Shown here: in pieces, positions 51,001 through 63,900 of the stretch | Numbering within the stretch: the stretch's first letter is position 1 | Layout: every line of letters begins with the position of its first letter | Source: Massalongia carnosa | Taxonomy: Eukaryota | Length of the DNA stretch: 64,000 nt | Assembly: GCA_965645245.1 (NCBI GenBank) | Contig: OZ287071.1 | Span: 1,302,001 to 1,366,000 of the forward strand | Direction of reading: 5' to 3' | Translations under genes and position numbers: made by a program | Notes under the pieces: generated by a model | Told to the model about the DNA's origin: nothing | Seen by the model: the letters and a program-made list of their open reading frames with translations, nothing else | Database searches by the model: none

Positions 51001-51470
51001 ATCAGAGAACTCAGAGAAGCAGCAGATCAGGGTATGAAGCCAGAGCCTTCTCCTCTCACTTACGACTTCCACCCGACTATGTTCTTAAATTTCATAGTAA
51101 GTGACAATAGCGAGCCCGAAGGACTCAATGATCATGTTGGAGAAGATGGAGATAAAATCCTATAGCTTCAAGTAAGGAGATGTTGGATATGGAAATGGTG
51201 CCAGAGTTTTCAGCTTACAACGGGGACATTGCAACTGAAGAGCGCTTTTACGACGCTCGTGGCAAATTTACGTTGTTCATTGAAGAATTGAGGAAGGCTG
51301 CCGCAGTCGACAAGAAAAATGAGTTAGAAGGTTTGCCTATCTCGGAAGCTGAATCGCAAGATCTGGACGAACGGTATAATGTGAAGGCGAATGCATCCGC
51401 CGTGCAGTTCCCTGACGCTAGTACGAAGTTAGTGGACTACTCAGACACTGACGCCGATGAGGAGGATTAA
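48082..51470 (+). pseudogene. Disrupted gene for a DUF7587-like fungal protein (host of the LINE)
   Basis: With the LINE-containing intron removed: IPKFGF*AWSAKSQGYNSRYGFRAG...PFIS/VTENLLRALH...IVVFDL...YHGRGE/YLIWGSIP. In-frame TGA at 48398 and 48776; frameshift near 51160. Confidence 0.7.
48968..50284 (+). mobile_element. 5'-truncated non-LTR retrotransposon (Tad1-like LINE, ORF2 C-terminal part)
   Basis: RT C-terminus/thumb (RVLGLQIDTKLKWGAHI; YTAVVR..MTYGSTVW; QNKCLRTVTGAFKATP) and zinc motif CSCG...HIILHC. One frameshift at ~49817, an (ATC)n tail, and TSD ATTAAAGATTTGTT at 48954-48967 and 50285-50298. Confidence 0.95.
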
Positions 51471-52500
51471 GAAGCATATGATAGAGCTTGCCAAGTATTC
51501 AAAGTGGGAGAGAAGCGTAACATGCGGACCGGGTTGGGCATGTTTGGTATATACCGTAAGAACCGACGTCCATTCAAATGTTTTACTTTCCAACGAGTTT
51601 CACCCACCCGCGAGGCCCCCACATTACAACTACCCACACACAGCCAACAATCGTTGCGCTTAGGAAACCTATCTCTAATTTCCTCTTTCCTCCACGGCCA
51701 GATTTCTATCTGCAAGGAATTATCAGCATACATCTATCTGAGCAAATCTCATTTACGTAATCAGATTCTTGTACGATGTTGAGGTAGGCTTTCCATCATT
51801 ATATCTTTGAAATCGGGAAGAGTCAAGGAGGTAGATTGTGGACTTGATGAAGTTTTCTGTCTACTCCCAGTTCAGATTTTCAGGGAGAGAATGGATAGCT
51901 TATAAACACTTATTGTATTTGGATCGGAGGAATTAGTCCACCTACTTAGGGACAGCAAGGAGGATATTTATGGCTTTTAAGTAACCTCTAGTGAAGCAGG
52001 CAATTGCATATCAAGTGGCTAGGTTTTCGTATAGACTGACTATCTCAAATAGTTGTAAGGCTGAAAATCCCTCTTGCTAGCATGGGATTCTCCCTGCTTG
52101 GATTTCGGGTTCGAAGCATGAGTCTGTGATGCCATTTGTAAATTTCATTGTGCGGATAATGAAAGGGGCTTTCAGGGTAGTGGAATTGGGATAAACTCTC
52201 AATAGCGCATGGGGTGGGATGGAACTGGAAAATGGAAGGTAACGAGCTTTATGCCGAAGGAATAGGGTAGGAAGAAATCATTTTCTACGCCCTCTGCAAA
52301 CAATACATCATAAAAATCGAGGAGCTCAGGCTTAATCAATAAAGCAGGAAACTGAAAAGATGGAAGGCGCTTCGGCAGCAGCCTCCTCGAGGAAGAAAAT
52401 TGTCTTGAAAGCCTTTTCAGCTATGCTTCCAGATCTTGAGAGCTATCTACCAAGCTATCAAATCCCATTTAGATGCAAACTTTCCTCCTGAAGTAAGCGC

Positions 52501-53131
52501 CTAGAATTTGGCGAACGATTTGACAGTCTTGCCAGTACGGGGTAGTACACGAAGAACATTGAAACGGACCTGCATTGAATAAGCAACTGTACCTTCTGGG
52601 GCTCCCCGTCCATATACAAACCGTCTTGCTCAAGGGTCTGCACTGCCCAACAGTAACCTGATCCCCATCCTCCACACGGAATGCAGGCGAAACGTGCGCT
52701 GCCAGGTTCTTGTGGCGCTTCTCGTATCTTGAGTATTTGGGTACAAAGTGGAGGTATTCGCGGCGGATGATAAGAGTTCGGTGCATTTTCGTCGAGACAA
52801 CGGTGCCGGTGAGGATGCGGCCGCGAATGGAAACTTGGCCCGTGAAGGGGCACTTCTTGTCTAAGAGCCTGAGATTTTAGTATATGATACCAATGCTAGT
52901 AATCTGGAGACATAGCCTCTAGATAGATAGTAGGGGGGAAACTTGCGTACCGATATATGTGCCCTCAATTGCGGTTTTAGGGGTTCTGAACCCCAATCCA
53001 ACGTCTTTGTACCATCTTCGTCCACCCTTCCCGACTCTTGTACTCTTGGTCCGCTTTGTTTTTTGATTCACAAAGATATGTGGCTGCTTTTGAAAGGCGC
53101 GCTCTGCCTGTACTGTTAACTCGGTCGCCAT
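52501..53131 (-). CDS. RPS11: 40S ribosomal protein S11 (uS17), 3 exons
   Basis: [20 protein letters not shown]...[27 protein letters not shown]...[26 protein letters not shown]...[16 protein letters not shown]. Confidence 0.97.
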
Positions 53132-53408
53132 GATTGCTGGTTGGGTGGAGGTCGTGTCGTTGGAAAAGACATTCAATTTTGTGTGGGAAAGACTTGGCGA
53201 TTCTCGCTTATTTAGCCCATGCAAAGGTGGGCGCTAACTACATAGCACATAGTAATCGAAAGCCGAGCTACCCAGATAGGTAAAGCTTTGTTTACATGCC
53301 CTCACGCTTACTTCTCGTCATCGGAACGAGCTTGGAAACACTTCCTTCACATAATGATCTGACAGCATTATTGTTGATAAGTTAACAACCCGCTAGGAAC
53401 ATAACAAA

Positions 53409-56400
53409 ATGCAAGACGCACAGAATCCCAACAAAGCTCGCGATGCGCTACATTCGCGCAAGTCGATTGCGCATATACCTTTTCTAGATGTAAATATTGA
53501 TAAGGAAAATCTTACAGTCGATGCTACAGCACCGTTGAGCTCTATTGCGCAAGCAGAATTCATCTCGAAGAAGCCCTGCAGCAAGAGTATAGGGCCAGGG
53601 GGTTTAGATGCGCTTAAAGAAGGCCTAGGTAACCGGCGCCAGGTATGCTGGCTGAACTCCTGTCGGTTGCTTCTAAGGAGCTGATCATCTAATCCAGTCC
53701 GCCACACCACCGTTTGTGAAATCGATTCTGAAGCCAACTATACCTCTTTCGCCTCCAAAGCAAATACCGCCCCATCCTAGTTCACGGAGGACTTCGCCTA
53801 GCAAGTCCACATCAAAGCTTACACTTACACCAGAGAAGCATCAAGTTCCTGTATCGTCCGACGCGTCGGTATGGAAGAATTCGAATCCTGTTGCTGAAAG
53901 TCATGGAGTTCCAAATCTATTCGAGGGACCGACTGAGGTTATCAACTCTCAATCACCCTCCCAGAGGCAGACGCGAGTACTAGTACGGACTGAAGCAGAA
54001 CAGGAAGCTGCTGCGAAAGAGCGCTTGCGTCAGGAGGTTTTGGCGCATAAAGATGCGCGAAGAAGGTCTTTGGGTGAGCCAAAATCAGGATCTTGAATAG
54101 TCAAATAGACTTTCCCCCCCTCGTTTCAGCGTATCAATTCATGAAGGCTGAAGTACAATAGCTGACTTCAATAGCAAATCGGAGGGTCTCATTCGCCCCG
54201 GAAGCTACTTTACATACTTGGGATGTTGTCGAGTTGCCTGAAGACTCTACCACTTCTTCTGCATCAACAAATTCAACTCGACGGGCGTCGGGCCTCTCAG
54301 CTGTTGCAGAGTCGCCCTATCCCCAACCTCGCACGCCAATGCCAGTTTCTGATGCATCTGAACCGCCGTTAACTCCTCCAGAGCAGGTCGAAGAAGTCCA
54401 AGTGGTGGGTTCTCCGGCCCGTCAACGCGATCTACATCAAAGGAAACGCCGCCGTAGTTCAGGAATTCCTCCGATGAACTTTAACAACCCTGATGATTTC
54501 TCCTCAAGTCCAGGATCATTTCATAGTGATGACACTGGAACTCAGGCCTTCGCGACAGTCGATGAGGAGAGTGAATCGTCTGGTACAGAAGACAACGACT
54601 TGGTGGAGGATGAGAGCACGGTTACAGGAGTCCATGGGGATGATGTCACAACCCGGTCAAACGAAGGCTCAAGCACTGCGTCGAGCAGTAAACTTGAAGA
54701 GGCACTTCGTCAAGCTGCAAACCAAGCGGGAACCCAAGGGATTGACTATGACGAGCATGGCGACATCACGATGGAGATAGCTGACGATGAGGTTACCGCT
54801 GCCTTCCAGCCTTGGATGAGGAAAGGCAATTATGCCCCTAAAAGAATTGGGGATTCGGGCATGTTGGAAGATCAGGAGAACCTGAATCCATTTTCGCCAG
54901 CATTCAAAGCAAAATTTATAGAAAATGCTAATGTAGAAGATGCTGAAAGAACAATGGATTTTACTCAGGTGGTTGGCGGAATTCTGCAGTCGCGCGGGGG
55001 AATCCAAAAATCAACAGACTACAAAAAGCAGGAGCCTACGACTGAGGAGAACCGACGGGGCAGTGTAGCACGTCGTCGATCCTTGGGAGATGGTTCGGTG
55101 TTCGGTGACGAGACTATGCAGCTGACCAGAGCCATTGGTGGCATTCACCAAAACCAGCCAATGCACGAGCAGATAAAAGACTCAGAGGATGCCGAATCTG
55201 TCGATGAAGATGAAGATTTGACTATGGAATTCACCTCGGTTGTTGGAGGCGTACTTGAACGAAAATACGCTCTTGAGGATCGAAACCAGCCCTTAAATGA
55301 TGATCAATTTGCAAATCAGCAATTATACAGAGAAGGCAGCCGCTGTGAAAGCGAAGGATCATCGTACAATGAAGAGGAAATGGATATTAATATCGCAGCA
55401 GGCGGTATTTTACCGTCCATCACGGAACATACTGAGCCTGCTGAGGATCAGACAATAGATATGGATATTACAGCCGCTATCGGTGCTATTCTTCCAGAAA
55501 ATCTCGCCGCTGGGAACAAGCTCGAGGCTAAGCAGCTGATGGAGAGAGAAACAGATTCTGGGCAGCTGTCGAATTTCTCAGTTATCGCTGGCCCGCCGGC
55601 TGGCTTTGGACTTCCGAGCCATACAGCCACTGTGGCATCCGAGACAGGCAGTCCCAGTTTAATGACCTCCCAGAGACGAGGTAATCCTAGGAAAAGCCAT
55701 GTTGGAAGGCAATCCACAACGCCCAAAACTGGATCACGCCCATCTACGCCATTGAAGAAGCCCTTGACGCCATCAAAACGAGTGACTCTTCAACTGGCTC
55801 GTCCAACCACGCCTGGAAAAACGCCACCATCACGGAATATCTCCATGAGGACGGGATCACCCAAGAAGCTATTCAAAGCAGAAATCAAGCATGTTGATTC
55901 TACTCCTCAACCTCCAGCACCAAATCCGCTTTTCAGAAACGATGGAAACTTAACCGAAGCGACTCCAACAATTATTCTCAAACCTCATCATCGGAGATTC
56001 TCAGGGTTAGGTATAGACAAGAAGGGTCTTGGATCCCCTCTTGTAACCGCTTTGCTTGATAAACGACGATCGATTGGTGAGGATGCAAAGGCGTTCAATC
56101 CTCAGCACCAAGCCCTCAAGGGTGTTCGATTTGATGACCCTAAAGTTATGGAGCGAGAGCTGGAAACTCAGCGAGCAGAAGATGAGCGCCGTGAAACCGA
56201 TCGAGTGATATTACAGAGAGGGGCTGCCGAGAAAGATCTGGAAGATGAAAAGGATGTTACTGCAAACCTTAAAGATAAGATTGAGAGCCTTACTCCGCAG
56301 AAGAAGAAGCTCAAAGGCCGCAAGAGCTTGCATGTAGGTGCCGCAAAAGGCGTTCTTGGTAAGCGTCCGATAGAGCTTGACGAGGACGACGAAGACGACG

Positions 56401-58375
56401 AAGACTTGACTCCAAAACGTCTTCAAGGACGAGAGGGGAGCCCTGTTAAAAAAGTACGACTTCCTGCCCCTCCATCAAAGATTGAGACTACAGGTCGTAT
56501 CACTCGATCTTCAAGACTTAGTCTTGCTAAGACATCCCGTACCATCGATGTTAACAGTCCTTCAAAAGCTACATCTACCCCAAAAAAGTCCCTCGTCACC
56601 ACATCCAAGGACCAATCGTCATCCAAAGATTTGGAGCAGGCAACTGAAGTAGTAGCATCACTCAACCAAGAATTTGATGCGGGAAACGCAGCAGCTTTCG
56701 CCTCCCCCGGGAATGATGACCGGATTCATCTTCAAGACTTTTTAAACATGACGAGCATCCGATTTATGGAGCTTACGACGACGAAGCGGAGGCTCACAGT
56801 TGCGCCATGCAGTATACTAGAAAGCAGTACCAAAAAACCAGATATGGGGGAAGGTTCTTCTTCGCCCATCCAAAAAATTACGGAGCTGGAAACCCGTGTT
56901 GTTGCCGGAGCTTGTACCGTGCCAATGCTGGAGTTATATCAACACGTGAGTCCATAATCCTGATGCAGCCATTATCAGCACTGACTACCAAGTATAGTCT
57001 TGTCGAGAACTCAAGAGATATATTGCTGAAGGCCGTAGCATTGTCCGAGAAATCGAGGCTGATACATTCGAAGAGAACCCGCCCCTTTTCCACGAGTACA
57101 TCTCGGCGCCTCCGGAGATCAAGTTAATCATGGACAATCAGTTCAAAAACATCAAAACTCATGCTAGACATCTCAGCAAAGCTATGTGGTATGAATGGCG
57201 CATGAAGCTTCTTGACGGCCTCAAGGACGGTTTGTTAAGGATGAGTGAGGGTGTAAACCAAGACGAAAATCTGTTAGCACAACAAGAGCAGCTACTTAAC
57301 TTGGTTTTACCATCTTTAATTCAAGAACATGAGCGCCTAGAAACTGAACATCATATCCTACAAGCTCAGGCGGATGAACTCGCAAATTGTGATCAGGATG
57401 AGCTTCAGGATGCAAGGAACAATCTTACCGCTGTGGAAAATGACCTACAAGCCAAACGGAGGATGGTCGAAGCCCTGCAAAGTGAACTTCGTCAGAAGGA
57501 ACAGAGGTTGGAGAATACAGTTGACCGCAAAAAACAATGCGACGAAGAAATCAAAGAAGTAGAGAAAATTCGCGAAGATTATCGAGGATGGAGTCCCTCA
57601 GAAGTCGCTATACTTCAGGGTATGTTCGATGACTCGTGAGTGTTCATTAATTTTGCTCACTATTTCTGTAGAAAACGTGGATGCCCTGGAGAAAGCCCAT
57701 GGTTGGACAATCATCTCTGCTGCTAGTGCCAGTCTTACCATGACGTACAAGCGTACTTTGCAGCTATTTTTTACTCCCGCGTCTTTCATGGCAACTGCAA
57801 CTCCCACGATACAAAATCAGACTAAGCACGAAAATTCCTCCATAAGCCTTACTTACATTGCTGACACTCACGAATACCACCCGCAGCCCCTGACGACAGA
57901 AAAGCGATTCTTCCTCCAGATTATGCGCGCACAGTTGCAATGTCTCCCTCAATTCCAAACCAAAATTAAGGACTTACTAGACCTTGTGAGCACCAATTGG
58001 GAGAACGCATGTAGAATTGTGAACGAAACAAGGAAGCTGGATATCAACTATATCACCAAATCAACGATTAAGGCAGACGAGATTATGACGGTCCGATCGA
58101 TGCTCCTGCTGCGCGAGCTAAAGACGAAAATCGACGTCGCGTTCGAGGTGGCGGTTCAGGCTCCCGGTACCACAGCCATAGAGCTTGAAGTTTCGGTCAA
58201 GCCTAGCGCGCGGGTGGTGTATGGAGAGGGGCTTAAGGAGAAGAAGATGGTAGAGTTTCTTGAGCAGAGGGTCCGAGGAGGTAAGAGTAAGCTCGAGGGT
58301 GGTGAAATAGGAATATGGGTTGATGCGGTTAAGGAGTTGCAACAGAGGCTTGTTGTCGCAAGGGGGAAGAGATGA
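53409..58375 (+). CDS. SPC105: Kinetochore scaffold Spc105/Spc7/KNL1, 5 exons
   Basis: KSILK and RRVSFAPEATLHTW PP1-docking motifs; MELT-like repeats (TMDFT, TMQLT, TMEFT, DMDIT); IHLQDFLNMTSIRF, PMLELYQHSCREL, WYEWRMKLL. Introns 53643-53697, 54074-54174, 56946-56997, 57620-57671. Confidence 0.93.
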
Positions 58376-58421
58376 ACGGCTAGCGTGAAAGGAAGGAAAT
58401 GGCGCAACGAATGTATGACGG

Positions 58422-58470
58422 TGAATGAATGAATTGATTGATTGATTGATTGATTAATTGATTGATTGAT
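58422..58470. repeat. (TGAA)n/(TGAT)n microsatellite
   Basis: Direct inspection, 3' of SPC105. Confidence 0.9.
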
Positions 58471-59219
58471 ATACCTGCTGTCGAGGCAGAGTTAGTTTGA
58501 TTGACTTGGTTGCTTCATCTTTGCTTTGGATCGGTGGGTGTTGTGGTCCATCATACATTCAGGGCAAACTAGCACAATTCCTCCCCCTCTTACAGGCCAG
58601 CAAGCATCCATACATACATACACACATACTTCCTCTAGGTGCCATTGATCGTTCCACCCCGTTTTCCAAGAACCCCACTTGTCTGTTTAATCTATCCAAC
58701 TTGATTCCGTTTCGGCATTTCGATCGATCTTGCATGTTTTTTACCTTACGCATATTGCTGCTGCTTCTTTGTCCTTTTCCTTTTTCCAGGTTATCCAATT
58801 CATGTGGCACTAGGTATTGGTATTTTATTTTACAGCTGTTCTTGATATCGCTGTCCTTTTCCATCCCCCCATCCCATCCCTCTGGTTTCTATCCCTTGTC
58901 CCATTACAACCCCTTCCCCCCCAAAGATAGGCGTGTCATATCTTCCTTGCAAGAACTAGGGGGTGGATGAGGGGTTGCGTTGAGCAGTTGATGGAGGGGA
59001 TGGGAGGGAGGGGAAAGAGAAAAAGGGAGAGAGGGGTGGGAGGGGGGCTGACTGAATGAATTAAAGAGGGGGGGGATTTGAGTGTGAGAAAACATTGACT
59101 TTGAAGTAGGGACGGAGGAAGGGGACTGACTGACTGATCGATGGATATGTTCATACACTCACCCATAGACTAATGAATAAATGAATGAGTGGCTTCGAGA
59201 AATAGAATTACCTTATTAC

Positions 59220-60679
59220 TTAATCCAAGCCCTTGAACGCCAATACACGCTTTCCTCCGTCCAGGGTAGCTGTCCTCCCCTTCTTGTTGCGTTTCCGCTT
59301 TTTCTGTCTCCGTTTTCCCTTCACCTCCTCCTCAGCGCTGTCTTCCTCCTCTCCATCGCTAATGTCCTCCTCCTCATCATTCTCCTTCTCCTCCGCGGCT
59401 CGACGTCCACCTCCATTCGCTACCACTGTCGTAGCATCATCCTTTTCTTCTTCATCTTCATCATCTTTTTCTCCTTCCGCCTCATCCTCACCCTCATCCC
59501 TCGAACCCCCATCGCTCTCTTGCCACACCTTAACGACCAAGCCCCCGCCACTGATCATCCTTCCCCCAATCTCGAACCCCACCCCGACCACCCCCTCCAA
59601 CTCATCATGGCGGAGCTCGGCCGCCACTTTCCTCCTGCCCACTTCCACAATCCGCAGCTTCCCGTCTCCTAACCCCACCGCCACCAGGTCTTCGTTGGCG
59701 CGGCCCACCCCCTCCGGCACGGCGCTCAGGACGTCGAGGCTCTCCCCACTGCCAACGCCGACCTTGGCGCCCCCGGAAAAATCCCAAGCCGCTTGTTCCC
59801 ATACGCGTAATACCCCTCTTTCTCCCCCAACCACCACTTTTGCACTCCCTGTCCCACACGACAGCACAGCTCCGCAAAGCAGCTCCTCCCCCAAATCCTC
59901 GCTCTGCACTACCACGCCCCTGCGCAAATCCGTCACGGCGACCGTCGTGCCTCCGGTACTAATCCACTGCTTGCTGAAGCCGCTTGTGGAACTTAGTCCG
60001 GGCGGGAGGGGGACGATGGAGGAAATGTAGTCATCGTGCGGGCGGTGGGTTTGCTGTGGGTGGGGAGCGAGGAAGGAGGTGTTAGGGGCGCGGAGGTCGT
60101 AGATGTGCAGAGCGGAGGAATCGGTGGCGAGGAGGAAGGTTTGGGGGGTTAAGGCGTGGATTACAGAGGCGGGATCGATGGCGGCGCTGTTGGAAAAATT
60201 TCGTTTGTTAGCCCTCTCACTTTACGTGTTCAGATCTGGACGTTTGCGATGTGTGAAACTCTAACGGGTAGTTTCCCACATTCGGCCTCCAGCTATAGAA
60301 AATCCAAGAGGAGGGTGGGGGGCAATAGCGCGTACTTGTGCAGCGGAATCGCTATCTTCGACACCACCTGCCCCGTCTCCGTCGCCGCCGCTTTCACCAG
60401 CCCATCCGTGCCCGCAGAAAAAAGAAAGTCTCCAGCAGAACTAAAGGATAAACTTCGACAGCTTCCCTTGTGGCGACGGGTGCGCCATGCCGTCTCGATG
60501 CAGCCGTGATGCCGGTCTGGGACGGCCGGATTGTCATCGTTCAGGGAAGTGCAGGCAGGGAGCCGGTGGAGTTGTACGTGGCCGGAGGCGAGGCCGAGAG
60601 CGAGGATGGGAGTGGTAGGATGGATGGATTGGGCAAAGAGGTCGGAAGGGAGAGGGAGAGTACATATGGTGTCGAACAT
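59220..60679 (-). CDS. JIP5: WD40-repeat ribosome biogenesis protein Jip5 (WDR55-like), 2 exons
   Basis: [21 protein letters not shown]...[11 protein letters not shown]...[23 protein letters not shown]; acidic/basic tail ending FKGLD*. Intron 60187-60335. Confidence 0.88.
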
Positions 60680-60970
60680 TTAGGGAGGGAAAAGGGGGAG
60701 GAAATAGTGCGGATGATATGGAGATCTTAGGGTCTGTTAAGCGAAGGAGGGTTTACCAAGGGCCAGGCGCTGCATCAAAATTTCGCCTACTTTAAGTACA
60801 TAAGTCTCCCTACCTAGACTGTTACCTTCCTATAGTCCTAAGGGAAAAAATATCCCAGGTACGCCAAAAGTGGGAGTCGATTACCCGAAAACGAGCTATC
60901 GAACCATCCGATACACAATAGTCCTCCATTCACTCAGCTCCATGCATCCTAGCCAAAAATTAGGACTGTA

Positions 60971-63900
60971 TCAAGAATGACGTCGTTTCTTCCGCGCGTT
61001 GACTGATGGACTCCCCATGCTCTTTCGTTTTGGTCCAGCAGCAGGTTCTGAAGGCTCGTCATTATTCTGCATCCCGATTCTGGTTACCTTGGCCAGGATT
61101 TTTTGCTTGGGAGACTTTCCCACATCGATCTTCTTGGTTCCGGTTTCTTGCGCCTCCCGTACAGCCTCTGCATCTTGAGGGTGTAGAGTCAACATCTGGT
61201 CCACCGTGATTCCACATTTTTGACAATGCGTGATTTGTACCTATAAACCAAATTCAACCGATAATCAATGTGTGCAAAGGGTGGGCAAATAATGTCACCT
61301 TTTCACTCAGCTTAAGAAGATCCCTCCAACAGATAGGGCAGTAGTAGTGTTCGTCCTTGGACCTTACTGGTCGAGCCAAGGGTGCAGGCTCTATTTCGGA
61401 AAGATCAACGCGCTCCCTACCTTTCCCAGGTCGCAAATTGTCAGCATATTTTGCCCCAGGGCTAGGCTGTAGATTATCAATAGGGCCTCCTTTGGTCCTA
61501 CGCTGTGAATTGTCAATAGGGTCTTCTCCAGGCCCAAGAAGAATTATCGGGCGACTCGCTGTTGAACCCGGAGGTGGGGGTAAACCCTTGGTCTGTGTCC
61601 CCTGAGAAACAACCTCGGGTACGCTCCGGGCTTGAATAAGATCTGCCCTTCTGTGCATCTCCTCATGCTCATCTCGGAACTATTGGTCATCAATCGTCAA
61701 ATTCTATTTGTTGGGTGAGAGACGTGATCATACGTCAGAGTTCATAAGATATAAGGCGGCATAACAGTGGAGGACTGGACAAATCCCTTCTAAGGGCGGG
61801 TTTGATTGAATTTTATGCCAATGCTCTAGATGATGTGCTTGTTCCTGCAGCCCCCCTGTTAGTATGGTTGGGCTCGAGAAGATGTGGCTACCTACTCTCT
61901 TTGTGGCCCCTAACCAAGTGATCTTACAATACGGGCAACGGGGAGGGTGCTTCATGTGTTTCTGGGTTAGATGAGCGAGTCTTTCCTGCAGCAATCTTAG
62001 TATGATACAGCCAAAACGGTGGGACTGCTTTACCTCTTTTGTCGCGAATGTCCAGATTTGGTCACATGCTGGGCAAGTGCTCATCTCTTTAGGCCGTTGA
62101 GAGATTTCCTAAGCAACAGGGCGTCAGGCCTTGTCTTGAGCAAGAACAAAAACATAGGTGCAAGAAGGACAAACCCTGGAGACGGCCTCCTCTCGTTCCA
62201 GCGTGAAATTCTCTCGAAGCCTTAAACGTTGCTGCAAGCCTTCAGTCTCCGCGATTGTAAGCACGCGGGGGTATAGGGTAGGAAAGTCAGGACCTCCTCG
62301 CATTTCTGGCTCCAAACATGGGCCCCATCGAGGCAGTTTGATACTTCCTCCTGGATTGCGGTAGACAGATTCCTGTTCTGTACGGGCAGCTTGGCGCTGC
62401 CGCTCAGCCTCTATTCCCGGGAGGGAAAGCGGACCAAAGCTATCATCTGAGCGCTTGGGCTTTGCCTGTCGGTCCAATTCAAGTTGCCTTCTCGTTTCAT
62501 TTACTCCTTGGTAGAGCCCTTGCTCACTTCTTGCCAGAATCTCCTGGGATTCCACCATGTCTCTAAAACTTTTCTTGAAATCAAACGTTGCTCGAATTCT
62601 GTCTCTCTACGTAATCTCGTTAGCTTCAGCAAGTTTAAACAACTTATAGAAGACACACCCAATCACCTGGACATATCTCGATATGCTCATTGTCAATTTT
62701 GAGGAAAACCTTCTGTAGAAACTCCCGGCTTGAGGTTACATGATTGAAATAGAGCCATTCTGAATCCGACTTGAATGTAGGTACACGTATCTTGATACCG
62801 GGACCTTCCACCCTTGGGTCGAAACCTAGCAAGCTGGATGACAAGAGGGCCAGGTCTTTCATGAGCCCCTCGATATTGAAGGCATTCCGTTCGTAGTGTT
62901 TGGAAACCACCCAATCTCCATTTAGTGCAGAGAACCCAGTTCCGTCGTATACGCGTATCTTTTCCTGATTTCAAGTCATTAGTCAGCCTTCTTCTCTGAT
63001 TTCTGAGATGGCTCACTCACAAATGGTTTAATTACGCATATTGGCTCATTCACCGTGATGTTCTTTGCCATGTAGTTGGCCCACACGTTCTGTGTTGCGA
63101 TTACCTCCCATGAGTCCTTCCACAAAGGCTTTTGGGGGCTGACTTCTATCAGTTGGTCACCTCGCTCTTCAAAGGAAGGCTCACGAAAGAGTGGAGAATG
63201 GCGGCCAGCTTCCAGATCCTTTAAGTTAGGTATGAGTATGACCGCAGAAGTGAGATGAGAATAAAGACTGTTTCTAATTGTATCCATCAAGCATTGAAAA
63301 TTAAAGGGCGGGCTGAAGAGGCTGCTGGTTGTTCTGGCTGGACGGGTGATAGTATAGACCAGTGGAGCCCGAGGGGGGTCAAGAAATATATCGGGGCGCT
63401 TGTAGAGTTCTACGTGTGCATGGTTAGATAGTACTTGATCTGTCTCAAGACCTGTGATGCTGCTGAATATTCCTTGAATCGTTTCGTTCAATACTAACGG
63501 GTCGTCCAAGCAAATGACGTGGTCTCCATGACCAGGGATTTCGAGCAGGAGTGTTTGGGCCATAGTTTCACTTTTCTTCGGTTGGGGAAACAAGAAGCGT
63601 ATTGCGCTATCCAAAAACTCAAAGCTGAGGCTTTCGAACTCCTCTTTCCTCTTATCCCAGCGTAAAGAAGTAACAAAGTGGCCGATCTCGGGGGCTCTCA
63701 CTTCGAGAAAGTTGGTTTTGATAGGCTCAGGGATAAATCGGAGATCTTCTTTGGTCCTGGCAACCCGAATTCTAGCTTTTGGGTTCCCTATTTCAAGCAA
63801 AATGTCGGAGAAATTTTCTGGCTCTGAGGAGCCGACCTCTATGTTGTATTCATTAGCACCAGGAGTTTCAACGGCAAAAGAGAATTCCTTAAGCGTCACG

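Noticed and set aside
59233..60030. 265-aa Ser/Pro-rich plus-strand ORF (also 6790-7395, 3063-3529, 23377-24069, 43384-43860)
   Set aside because: Antisense shadows of JIP5, PRP28, the Rpa14-like gene, the MFS gene and PPZ1.
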